A stretch of 64,000 nucleotides of DNA from a bacterium (GTDB lineage: Bacteria > SZUA-182 > DTGQ01 > JAFGSM01), in NCBI GenBank assembly GCA_049472335.1, contig JBLIRO010000008.1, positions 1 to 64,000 of the forward strand. Reading direction: 5' to 3'. The position numbers and the translations under genes are program-made. The notes beneath the pieces were generated by a model. The model worked only from the letters and a program-made list of their open reading frames with translations, ran no database searches and was not told the origin of the DNA. This document shows, piece after piece, positions 21,914 to 32,133 of the stretch; within the stretch, counting starts at the first letter, position 1; each line of letters starts with the position of its first letter.

Positions 21914-24900
21914 ATGGCAGAATTGAAGAACAGGCAAATAAATCTGGAAAATATAGATGCCTTTATCCTTGATATGGACGGAGTTGTTACAAAGACTGCC
22001 CGTGTCCATGCGGCTGTATGGAAGCAAATGTTCGATGAATATCTTCAAGAACGGGCCAGCCAAATGGACCAGGATTTTAAGCCCTTCGACATCGAAGCCG
22101 ATTATCTTCCCTATGTGGATGGCAAGCCCCGTTATGACGGGGTAAAGAGTTTTCTTGAGTCACGTAATATCTCAATACCTTACGGGAATCCGTCTGATCC
22201 GCCTGAGAAGAAGACGGTGTGCGGATTGGGAAACCGTAAGAACCGGTACTTTCTGGATCATTTAAAAAAATACGGGGCCGAATCCTATTCTTCGACTGTG
22301 GATTTTATCCATAAGGCAAAGTCCGAAGGTTTTAGGTTTGCCCTGATTTCAGCCAGCAAGAATGTAAAAGAGGTATTAGAGGCGACAGATCTGCAGGATA
22401 TTTTCGACGTTACGGTTAATGGAATCGATGCAGCCGAACTTGCGCTTAAAGGAAAGCCGGAGCCGGATATTTTCCTGGAAGCCGCCAGGCGGCTTGATGT
22501 AAACCCTGAGCGGGCTGTAGTGCTAGAGGATGCGCTCGCTGGAGTCGAGGCAGGCAAAGCGGGTGGTTTTGCATTGGTTATCGGAATAGACAGGGGAAAC
22601 CAGAGACCGGAGCTTATGAAACATGGAGCTGATATAGTGGTCAAAGATGTTTCTGATATTCAACTTAATAAAAAGAAGATGACCGTCCGGATGCCCAGCC
22701 TTCCTTCTGCTCTTGGGAAACAGGAGGAGATATTTCAGTATCTGAAAGAGGGAGTGCCTGCTATTTTCCTCGATTATGACGGCACATTGACCCCCATTGT
22801 CCAGCATCCCAGTGACGCAATCATGCCAGAAAAGACGCGGGAAGTGATCAAATCACTTGCCGAGCACTGGATGGTAGCGATTATCAGCGGCCGGGACCTC
22901 AATGATGTAAGAAAAATGGTAGGTTTGAATAATATCGTCTATGCCGGAAGCCATGGTTTTGATATTGCGGGTCCGGGAAATACTTTACGTGGTCAGAAAT
23001 TGGGGGAAGAGTTTTTACCTGCGCTCGATCAGGCGGAAGCAGAGCTTGAGACGGCAATAAAGGGCATCGGGGGAGCATTTGTCGAACGCAAACGGTTTGC
23101 CATAGCCGTTCACTTCCGGATGGCAGACGAAAAAGATATCCCAGATATTGAGAAGAAAGTAGACGATATTGCAAAGCGCCATTCTGAATTGAGGAAGTCC
23201 ACGGGGAAGAAAATCTTCGAGCTTAGGCCGAATATGGACTGGGATAAGGGAAAGGCCCTGCTTTCTTTGCTCGAAAAGATGCATATCAATAGTTCCCGCG
23301 TGGTTCCTCTCTATATAGGGGATGATACAACAGACGAGGATGCCTTCCGTGCCATTGCGGATCTGGGCATAGGCATTCTGGTGAGCGAGGACAATCAGCA
23401 AACATATGCGCGGTACGTGATGGAAAATACCTCGGAGGTTGCCTCCTTTCTGGAAATGCTGCTCGATCTCGCTGAAAAAGAAGTATCCAAAGGTATCTGG
23501 ACACTTACCTATGAAGGCTTCGATCCTGAAGGGGAAGGCCTGCGTGAAGCCCTATGCACACTCGGCAACGGGTACTTTGCCACCCGGGGGGCCGCGCCTG
23601 AATCCAAGGCTGACGATATTCACTATCCAGGTACTTACATTGCCGGATGCTATAACCGTCTTGAAAGCAAGGTCGCAGGAAAGACAAATGAAAATGAAAG
23701 CATAGTAAATATTCCCAATTGGCTGCCGCTTACATTCCGCATCGATGATGGAGACTGGTTTGATGTCCGGGATGTGAACATTCAGGAATACGACCAGGAA
23801 CTGGATATGCGAAGAGGGGTGCTAAACAGGACAATCCGGTTTACGGACAAAAAGGGAAGGCAAACAAGGCTGTTCCAGCGCCGTTTCGCTCACATGGGTT
23901 CTCCTCACCTCGCTGGCCTGGAGACTACAATCATGCCTGAAAACTGGCATGGAACCCTTTTTGTGCGCTCCGCGCTGGAAGGAAGGGTGGAGAATAGCCA
24001 GGTAAAACGCTATCAGAAGCTCAATAATAAACACCTGAAACAGATAGGAAATGGTGTTACAGGAAATGAAGTGATCTGGCTCCAGGTAGAGACAAATCAA
24101 TCCCATATCCGGATTGCCTTAGCTGCAAGGACTAGGGTTTTTCAGTGTAACCGGTTTGTGGATGTGGAACGGCATACAAACATGGAGCGAGGGTATATAT
24201 CCCAGGATCTCAACATTTCCGCTAAAGAAGGGGAACCTGTACGTATTGAAAAGATCGTGGCAATATACAATTCAAGGGACCGGGCCATATCTGAAAGTGT
24301 TATAGGTGCGAGGGAAGAGGTTACCTGGGCCGCCAATTTTATAGATTTGCTTAAAAGCCATATACATAGCTGGGAACATCTATGGGAGCGCTGTCAGATA
24401 AGCGTGGAGTCAGATGGGCGGCGGATGGCTCAAATACTCAACCTGCATATTTTTCATCTTATTCAGACCGTATCCGTACACTCCATTGACCTGGATATAG
24501 GTGTGCCTCCCCGGGGGCTTCATGGGGAAGCATACAGGGGACTAATCATGTGGGATGACATGTTTATTTTTCCCTTCCTGAACCTTCGCATCCCTGACAT
24601 TACCCGGGGTCTTCTTCGGTATCGTTACCGGCGACTTCCGAAAGCGCGCCGGGTGGCAAAGTTGATAGGATATGAGGGAGCGATGTTCCCATGGCAAAGC
24701 GGCAGCGACGGACGGGAGGAGGCCCAGAAACTGCATCTGAATCCCCAATCGGGTCGCTGGATACCTGACAACTCGAATCTTCAGAGACATATCAACATCG
24801 CTGTTGCATACAACGTATGGAATTATTATCAGGTGACAGGAGATATGGATTTTATGTGTTTCTATGGGGCTGAGACCATTATCGAGATTGCCCGATTCTG

Positions 24901-25894
24901 GGTAAGCCTGGCGCAATACAACAAATCACTGGATCGCTATGAAATACGAAAGGTCATGGGACCGGACGAATTTCATGACGGGTATCCTGATGCCGCTGAG
25001 CCGGGTATTGATAATAACGCCTACACCAATGTGATGGTTGTATGGGTGCTATGCCGGGCCATGGATGTGCTGGACATGCTGCCTTATGACCGGAAAAAGG
25101 CAATCTGGAATAAACTCGCGCTCAGGAAAGAGGAGTTGGAGCGATGGGATGAGATAAGCCATAAAATGCGCATTGTCTTCCACGATGACGGCATAATCAG
25201 TCAATTTGAACACTACAATGATCTGAAGGAATTTGATTGGGAAGGCCACAAGGAGAAATACGGAAACATACACCGGCTAGACCGGATACTGGAGGCAGAG
25301 GGAGACACTCCAAACCGATACAAGGTATCGAAACAGGCCGATGTGTTGATGCTTTTCTATCTGCTTTCTGCCGACCAATTGTTCGAATTATTCGAACGTC
25401 TGGGATATCCGTTTGAATATGAAACCATTCCCAAAAATATTGAATACTATGTCCAGCGAACCTCTCATGGTTCGACACTAAGCAGGATAGTTCATTCCTG
25501 GGTGTTGTCACGATCCAAGAGGGATATTTCATGGCACCTGTTTTGTGATGCACTGGAAAGCGATGTATCGGATATTCAGGGTGGAACCACCCATGAGGGG
25601 GTCCATCTGGGCGCTATGGCGGGCACTGTGGATTTGGTTCAAAGATGCTACACCGGTATGGAGACCCGTGGAAACGTGCTTTGGTTTAATCCTCATCTGC
25701 CTGGCAAACTTAAGAAGATAGAGTTTAATATCATCTATCGCAGGCGATTGATAAGTGTAAAAGTGACAAGCGATCTTTTGAGTATCAGCTGTCGAAAACA
25801 GGATATCGCACCTATACAGATTGGTTTCAGGGACAAAGTAACTGATCTCAAACCCGGTGATACTTTGGAATTCAAGTTGAGCGATCATAACTGA
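21914..25894 (+). CDS. otsB: Beta-PGM-type HAD + trehalose-6-phosphate phosphatase + GH65 fusion (OtsB1-like)
   Basis: LDMDGVV...KPEPDIF...EDA; FLDYDGTL...ISGR...GSHG...IGDDTTDEDAF; GNGYFATRG, RGLHGEAYRG, GPDEFH, KQADVLML, HGSTLS. Confidence 0.92.
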   Translation: MAELKNRQINLENIDAFILDMDGVVTKTARVHAAVWKQMFDEYLQERASQMDQDFKPFDIEADYLPYVDGKPRYDGVKSFLESRNISIPYGNPSDPPEKKTVCGLGNRKNRYFLDHLKKYGAESYSSTVDFIHKAKSEGFRFALISASKNVKEVLEATDLQDIFDVTVNGIDAAELALKGKPEPDIFLEAARRLDVNPERAVVLEDALAGVEAGKAGGFALVIGIDRGNQRPELMKHGADIVVKDVSDIQLNKKKMTVRMPSLPSALGKQEEIFQYLKEGVPAIFLDYDGTLTPIVQHPSDAIMPEKTREVIKSLAEHWMVAIISGRDLNDVRKMVGLNNIVYAGSHGFDIAGPGNTLRGQKLGEEFLPALDQAEAELETAIKGIGGAFVERKRFAIAVHFRMADEKDIPDIEKKVDDIAKRHSELRKSTGKKIFELRPNMDWDKGKALLSLLEKMHINSSRVVPLYIGDDTTDEDAFRAIADLGIGILVSEDNQQTYARYVMENTSEVASFLEMLLDLAEKEVSKGIWTLTYEGFDPEGEGLREALCTLGNGYFATRGAAPESKADDIHYPGTYIAGCYNRLESKVAGKTNENESIVNIPNWLPLTFRIDDGDWFDVRDVNIQEYDQELDMRRGVLNRTIRFTDKKGRQTRLFQRRFAHMGSPHLAGLETTIMPENWHGTLFVRSALEGRVENSQVKRYQKLNNKHLKQIGNGVTGNEVIWLQVETNQSHIRIALAARTRVFQCNRFVDVERHTNMERGYISQDLNISAKEGEPVRIEKIVAIYNSRDRAISESVIGAREEVTWAANFIDLLKSHIHSWEHLWERCQISVESDGRRMAQILNLHIFHLIQTVSVHSIDLDIGVPPRGLHGEAYRGLIMWDDMFIFPFLNLRIPDITRGLLRYRYRRLPKARRVAKLIGYEGAMFPWQSGSDGREEAQKLHLNPQSGRWIPDNSNLQRHINIAVAYNVWNYYQVTGDMDFMCFYGAETIIEIARFWVSLAQYNKSLDRYEIRKVMGPDEFHDGYPDAAEPGIDNNAYTNVMVVWVLCRAMDVLDMLPYDRKKAIWNKLALRKEELERWDEISHKMRIVFHDDGIISQFEHYNDLKEFDWEGHKEKYGNIHRLDRILEAEGDTPNRYKVSKQADVLMLFYLLSADQLFELFERLGYPFEYETIPKNIEYYVQRTSHGSTLSRIVHSWVLSRSKRDISWHLFCDALESDVSDIQGGTTHEGVHLGAMAGTVDLVQRCYTGMETRGNVLWFNPHLPGKLKKIEFNIIYRRRLISVKVTSDLLSISCRKQDIAPIQIGFRDKVTDLKPGDTLEFKLSDHN

Positions 25895-26060
25895 CAGCAG
25901 TTGACCTTTCAAAAAAGTTATAATTAAGACAAACTGCCAAACAAATATATATTTTTTTGATCTTGTTTGGCTAACATGTTATAATATTTGAAGTTCATAT
26001 TTTTTTGCACATTAAATTTTAAAAATTGAGATAAAAAATTATATCTGATATTAAGGAAGT

Positions 26061-28398
26061 ATGAAATATTTAGTAAAAACAGGCGTTATTCTTGTAATCC
26101 ACTTTTTTGTATTATCATTTTCATGTAGTTCATCTTTGGCCCAGTTTGAGGCAACAGGCTCCTTTGTAGGAAATCCGTCTTTTGAAAACAAACCGCTTCA
26201 GGTCCCGTCCTGGCAAGATCAGATAAATGCTGAGGGGGATTTGCTTATCGATAATTTTGAATATTGGGACACCCCTTATAATCATGGCTGGAAACAATCG
26301 ATGCCTTCATACCCTGAATTCGGTTTTGGTATCGGATATACCTCAGTTCTGAATACCGTTCTTGACCTTCAGGAAGGAAGCAGGGTTTTGGATGTTTTTC
26401 GTCCGTCATATATTTATCTGTTGGGTACCAATTATGAAAAACACTCGATTTACTTAGAACTTTATTCACCTCAACCTGCCGGAGGTTCTTCTCCTGTGCA
26501 TTATGTCGATCTGGCTGAGTTGCCCGTGCTAAGCTTTAAATTCAAGACACCCTTCAATCTAGAGCCTTGGGAAATGTTTGAATTTGATGTTTTTTGTTCA
26601 AATGCATTGGAACATGAGGTTATCATGAAGATAAAACCCCTGCAGCCCCTTCCTTCATATGAATCAACGGATTGTGATTATAATCCAACAGTGATCGAAT
26701 GTAATGATAATCCATATCGACCATCTATGACGGTTCAGGTCAATATCGGCAGGAACTTTATTGATGGGACATGGCATGTGATATGGCTCAATCTGCCTGA
26801 GATGGTCAGAATCGCCGTGAATAAATGTAATAAGATAAATGAAACAAACAAAGGCGATTGGCATATAACAAAGGCTGGCAAGATTATGATCAGAGGCCGG
26901 ATGTTTCGGCTGGACAATATTATTTTCAGAAAAGAGGATTATTCCAAATTTTCGAGAAATGTCCGGGTCGATGTGTTTGAGCTTGGGCCCCTTTATGCAC
27001 AGATATTCGAACCATACCGCTATCTTTTAATGGCTGATTATATGGCAGACGATGAAATATCCAGTGTAAACGATTTTTTTTTTGGACCAGAATAATTTCA
27101 TTTCCGATCCAAACCGAATCAGGGAGAAGTGGATTTCGGATCTTTTAAGGTTTGATCCCAATTATCATCATATCGACCTTCAGCATCCTTTGTATGATCC
27201 TGATTATACAAAGCGATGGATACCCGGAGATCCTGATTTTGGAAAACCCGATCCGGTTGCCGAGGCTTACTTAAGGAAGGGATTCTTCATTGACATCACG
27301 CTTCCCCTTTTTGCGGATAAAAATTTTAGAATCGGTGGGAACGGGGCAGTCAATCTATGCAGACATGGAAGGCTCGGCTGGAATGCCACTATAGGCGGGT
27401 TCGGCAGACACGCTATTGATGCCATTTTGGTCAAACCCTTACCCATCGATCCTTATGACGGAATGCCCACTTATATCATGAATCGACTATCAGCACTTAA
27501 ATCAATCGAGATCTTTGGAAAGGCACATTTCGGGCCTGAACAGAGTTTCACCCTTGAATCCGCCCTGTGGAATTCAGGTGTAGAATTTTGGCCTCATATT
27601 GCGTATTTTGATTATACACCACAGTATTTCGAAGATATGACATTGGCGCTGGAAGTCAGAAATCAGAATAAGGTGGAAAAACTGGTTTTTCCAGTCTCCG
27701 TGGTCAATTATCCGGTTGAGAATTATCCTCCTGAAGTGCAATCCAGGATCTTCCCAAGGGTTTTTGAAGTTGGTGAGGAAACCGAATGCACTATCATATC
27801 TCTCGATCCGGACTGTTTTATCTTTTCTATAGCCCAATTTTACGACAAGATACCCGCAACAACTCATCTTCCAATGTTGCCCGGCAATAAGATCCGAACG
27901 GATCAGGACTCTCTTTTTTACCAAATGTACATCGAGGGGACTTATGGCTATCAATTCGGCCCCTGGATCGAATGCGGTGTTGACTCCCAAAGCGGTGTAG
28001 GCCGGTTGATCCCCAGATTTGAAGGTGTGCTCCGAACGGTAACCATATGTACGGACCCTTTTGGGGCTTTGGATGTTGGCAGAAGGAACATTCATTGTGT
28101 GAATCCGGGAACATGGTTCAATCACCCCCCAGTAGTTATTTTGTTGCCAAATCCAAGAGTAATAAGGGCAGGGGAGGAAATTGTCCTGAATGCCAGAGCT
28201 GAGGACCCCGACGGGGATGAGGTCTATGCCTCCTGTAATTTCGGTTCCATAGGGCAGGTGGCTAATGGGGATACAATTTGGACATTTCAAACCAATTTCC
28301 CTGGAATATATACCCTTGAAATCGTCTTTTTTGATATCCGGGGTGGATATGCATCGGTTACAACATCCATTGAGGTCGTTCCATGGTGGTCCTACTAG
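26061..28398 (+). pseudogene. Large secreted protein split by a frameshift in a T10 tract (ORFs 26061-27095 and 27082-28398)
   Basis: Signal peptide only on the first ORF; T10 at 27074-27083; T9 would give a continuous 778-aa protein ending in Ig-like NHPP...EDPDGD...PWWSY. Confidence 0.7.
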
Positions 28399-28469
28399 AA
28401 GGTAGAAAAAGAAATCTAAAGGAGTCGCCCTGAATGTTAATAAGACGACTCCTATAATTAAAATTAAAT

Positions 28470-29042
28470 TTAGATTGGAGGCAATCCCCAAACTTCGGCC
28501 GGAGTCAAAAAGCTGCTAAAGGAAAATCCAAACAGGGAGGGCGGATATATTATTGAATACGTGGTATTAGCCGAATTAAAGTAGGGGCCAAAAATATCTA
28601 TTTCTGTGGGTGGCAACGATTCAAAACCCAATGGTAGAGTAATTGGTGCGGGAGCACCTGTTAAAGGATCAGTCAAAGAAGACGGGGGCCAGGAATTAAA
28701 TCCATAGTACGGGGCAAAATAGGTAAGACCGCCTCCTAAAATAGACGGGATATTGTAAAGAAGCCATGGAAATTCTCTTGCAGGGTCCCAAACCATAACA
28801 GGTTGCACCGGAAGTGTTGTATCACTGGTAAGTGAAGTAAGCAGAGGAGTACTAACACCAGTGATTGGATTGACTGGTGACAAAGCCGGAGACCAAAGTG
28901 GCCACAGGAGGTTATACGGTGGTATCGCTCCCCAGTATTGGGCATGAGATGACGGAATGCAAATTAAAAATATTGCTGACAGGGTGATAAGACAAAAGAT
29001 AAACAACTTTGGTTTATTTTTTCCCAACAACATTACATTCAC
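28470..29042 (-). CDS. Secreted Pro/aromatic-rich hypothetical protein
   Basis: AAGGA SD + GTG; signal ending SHA-QYW; PPYNLLWPLWSP...; few charged residues. Confidence 0.75.
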   Translation of the reverse strand: MNVMLLGKNKPKLFIFCLITLSAIFLICIPSSHAQYWGAIPPYNLLWPLWSPALSPVNPITGVSTPLLTSLTSDTTLPVQPVMVWDPAREFPWLLYNIPSILGGGLTYFAPYYGFNSWPPSSLTDPLTGAPAPITLPLGFESLPPTEIDIFGPYFNSANTTYSIIYPPSLFGFSFSSFLTPAEVWGLPPI

Positions 29043-29149
29043 TCCTTCTTATTCTTTAAAATCACAATTAAAAGAGTAAAATTATAAATTTGTGCAATCA
29101 CATCCCCCTTTCTTTTCATCTTGCTAATTTTCGATATAAATCTCTAATT

Positions 29150-29167
29150 AAGCAAAGCTGATACCTG
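29150..29167 (-). promoter_or_regulatory. Sigma54 -24/-12 promoter (weaker match)
   Basis: Minus strand CAGGTATCAGCTTTGCTT = GG-N10-GC, ~110 nt upstream of 29042. Confidence 0.5.
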
Positions 29168-29369
29168 GGGTAAAAAGAGTCTTATTTTAGGAAATAGCTT
29201 ATTATTAAAAGAAATTTTGGATATAGCATTATAGTGAAAGGAATAAAATATATACATTCACAATACAAAATATACAACAAATAAGCAATACAAAAAAATA
29301 TTCACCCTTTCTTGTGATGCTATATTGTCAATGATTTTGGTAAACATAAATTTGAGGGATACAGGTGAG

Positions 29370-31289
29370 TTATTTCTTATAAATCAGAGAGTTTTTAATC
29401 TTTTTTATTCTTTTGAACATAATATGGGCGCTATTATGAAATACAACGATAGTATAGTCATATGGGAAAACTAAATTTTGCCACAATTGATTAACGATCT
29501 TTTTGTTCTTAATATGATAATCCAATTCAAAAAACCGCTTTTTTCTTAATATTGCCAGAATATATATAGGCTCTTCCGTATCCTCAATGATCTGATTTTG
29601 AACCAGATAAGCCTTGTCTATTCCCTTCACCCCGCTGATTTGTTTAACAATATTTTCAATATCTTCAGAAGAAAGATTGTGATGTTTTACGGATTTTTTT
29701 TTGCCCTGCATTATTCTCTTCCAGAAACGGTTAACACTCTCTCTATGCATTTGATTTAGCTTATCCATATATTTATGGAAATCATTTTCTCTCCCTTGTT
29801 TAGCATAAAAAGAAAAAATGCTTGAAACAATATCCTGGAAATATTGAGGATTCCTTTTAATTACATTTTCAAGATAGTCGATGCCACTTTTGTCGCCTTT
29901 ATTCAGAAGGATTTTTCCCATTGTTAAATTTGCGCGTATATGATTTGGATTGTTTATAAGAAAATTATTTAAAAGCGGTTCTCCTTCCTGATTGCCCTTT
30001 ATAAATAGCGTAAGGGTAGCCAGTTCCCAATCCTCTTTATGATTGAGGTTTTGATACTTTTGTTTTTCCTCAAGTCTTTTTAAGGAGTCCAGCGTCTCTT
30101 GATATTTTCTACAATTGTTTTCCCATATTTTAGAATTTTTTACATACCATGATTTATCAAGCTTTGAAAGCAAGTAAATATATTTCTCTCCTAATAAAGA
30201 TACGGCTGTATTCTCATAATTCCTTTCCATATATGTATTTAAAATAAAATCACCTACTTGCTTCCTGGGGAGACCTAAAGCAAGAAGTCGGTCAGTCAGT
30301 GAGGGATGGGAATCGTTTGTTAATGTTTTTAACTTTAGATTTAGATCAATAGCCTTTAAAACGGATTCTGTAGGACAAGCTTTTGAAATTTGTTGAATTG
30401 TTAGACTTATGGCGTTCTGGGGAGCAGGTGTATTCTCTTTTATTTGCTGAAATATTTTGGGCCAGATTTCATGATAAAGTATATGTCGGTTAATCGAGAT
30501 ATTGACTAAACTCCGGGCTGCAATTTGAGGACTTGTCGCTTCTCCGGAACATCGATCCGCTTCATATTCATTGGCGCGCCTTAATACAAAGGTATAAGCG
30601 CTGAAATAAGGGAAAAAACGATAGAGAAACCAACGGAAAAGTAACATGGTTCTATTCTGTGCATTGAAATGCTCTGTTAGCGCAAACCACGTTGAATGTA
30701 AACGATAAATCCAGCCTGAAAATTTTCCGTGATTTTTGGAGAGATGTCCAAACTCATGGGCCAGACAGGCTCTGAACTGATCCAAAGAAAGAACAGCCAT
30801 TAATGGCAGTCCAATCCTGAGATAGTTTCTATTAAAACCAATCATTCCGAAACTGGGGAGTTGCTGAATATCGGCGTTTAATTCATCGGAGATAAAAATT
30901 TCTTCAACTGGCGGGAAGTTAAATTTTTGTTGAAGCTGACTGATAAAATTGTTTAGGGAGGGTACCTCATTAATTGAAATTTGAATCCCCTCCGGTTTTT
31001 TAATCCTGATAAATAGTGGTTTAAGTATGGTTGATAAAATGATGCATATTGGGAAAAGAAATATAATCAGATAGCAAATCATAACCGTATCAGTTGCCTT
31101 GATCCATACACTATAAACAATTGATGATAATAAAATAATAAGGATTAAAATAAGCATAATAGAAATAAAAAATATATAAAAAAAGCCAAAGATTGTTAAA
31201 AATAACACGCGAAATTTATAAGATTTTGGCTTCTTTTGTGAGAAAGATTCCAGCCTTCTAACGAGTTTTTCAAATTCCTGGTTAGTCAT
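29370..31289 (-). CDS. M48 (HtpX/Ste24-like) membrane metallopeptidase with TPR-like C-terminus
   Basis: Two N-terminal TMs; LAHEFGH; RANEYEADR; SHPSLTDRL. Confidence 0.9.
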   Translation of the reverse strand: MTNQEFEKLVRRLESFSQKKPKSYKFRVLFLTIFGFFYIFFISIMLILILIILLSSIVYSVWIKATDTVMICYLIIFLFPICIILSTILKPLFIRIKKPEGIQISINEVPSLNNFISQLQQKFNFPPVEEIFISDELNADIQQLPSFGMIGFNRNYLRIGLPLMAVLSLDQFRACLAHEFGHLSKNHGKFSGWIYRLHSTWFALTEHFNAQNRTMLLFRWFLYRFFPYFSAYTFVLRRANEYEADRCSGEATSPQIAARSLVNISINRHILYHEIWPKIFQQIKENTPAPQNAISLTIQQISKACPTESVLKAIDLNLKLKTLTNDSHPSLTDRLLALGLPRKQVGDFILNTYMERNYENTAVSLLGEKYIYLLSKLDKSWYVKNSKIWENNCRKYQETLDSLKRLEEKQKYQNLNHKEDWELATLTLFIKGNQEGEPLLNNFLINNPNHIRANLTMGKILLNKGDKSGIDYLENVIKRNPQYFQDIVSSIFSFYAKQGRENDFHKYMDKLNQMHRESVNRFWKRIMQGKKKSVKHHNLSSEDIENIVKQISGVKGIDKAYLVQNQIIEDTEEPIYILAILRKKRFFELDYHIKNKKIVNQLWQNLVFPYDYTIVVFHNSAHIMFKRIKKIKNSLIYKK

Positions 31290-31443
31290 CTTTTGATATA
31301 CCTTTATTCTTGTCAGACATATTTATTAAATTATATTTATTACAATGTTCTATGGCAAACTGTTGTAACTGATAAGAAAACATGTGGTTTTTGAGCAATT
31401 AGTAAAAAATACAAATTTAAATTGAAAATTTAAGGAATACATT

Positions 31444-31483
31444 ATTTTGCATTTTGCAATTTGCAATTTGCAATTTGCAATTT
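31444..31483. repeat. Heptamer tandem repeat (TTTGCAA)n
   Basis: ATTTTGC ATTTTGCAA TTTGCAA TTTGCAA TTTGCAA TTT. Confidence 0.8.
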
Positions 31484-31678
31484 TTCTCAAGGTCCTGACG
31501 GGATTTTGAGAAGTTACAAATTTTTTAAACCCCATAACAGTTTCTTGAGAATTGAAAAATCCCTAAAAACTTTTTACAATCCTAATAAAGGATTGAATCC
31601 TAATTAAGGTTTTGATAAAGCATGATAAATATATTAGGATAAAGAATTTCATAAACCTTTTCCGAAGGGAGGAAATAT

Positions 31679-31789
31679 ATGTCAATGTGGGCTTGGATTG
31701 GAATCGGAGTAGCGGGTTTGGTTTTTATTGTTGCCATGGCAATCGGATTTCCTCTTGCTTATAGATATTGGCACGGACGACGCAGATGA
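31679..31789 (+). CDS. 36-aa single-TM small protein
   Basis: GGGAGG SD, ATG; MSMWAWIGIGVAGLVFIVAMAIGFPLAYRYWHGRRR*. Below the ORF-track size cutoff. Confidence 0.65.
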   Translation: MSMWAWIGIGVAGLVFIVAMAIGFPLAYRYWHGRRR

Positions 31790-32133
31790 TCGAACCTGCA
31801 CATAAATCTTAAGTCATAAATTTAAATTCTGATTATTTTCACTACTCCTGTAATTTCCCATCACCAACGAATCATCCCCATTTTCAACTTGTAATAAGTT
31901 TTTGTTAAATATTTGTTTTGACAAAAGTGGAGATTCTGGGTATATTTTTATTCAGATAAAGCAAATTTATAGTATATTTAGAAATCGGAAAAATGGTTGA
32001 GATATCATGTTGATAGATGTTATATAGATATATATAAGAGTTCATAAGAGTTCTGTCCCATACTTAGTAACATCTTTTGTCGTCTTCAATCAATGTTCTT
32101 TATATGTCTGAAAAACTTATAAGGAGACCCGCC

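Noticed and set aside
25936..25971. Inverted repeat GCCAAACAA...TTGTTTGGC as a terminator or riboswitch
   Set aside because: 18-nt loop, no U-tract and no recognisable aptamer; function unsupported.
27574..28491. 305-aa minus-strand ORF
   Set aside because: Antisense to 27082-28398; no recognisable features.
31350..31535. 61-aa ORF containing IANCKLQIAKCK
   Set aside because: Translation of the TTTGCAA tandem repeat; no SD.
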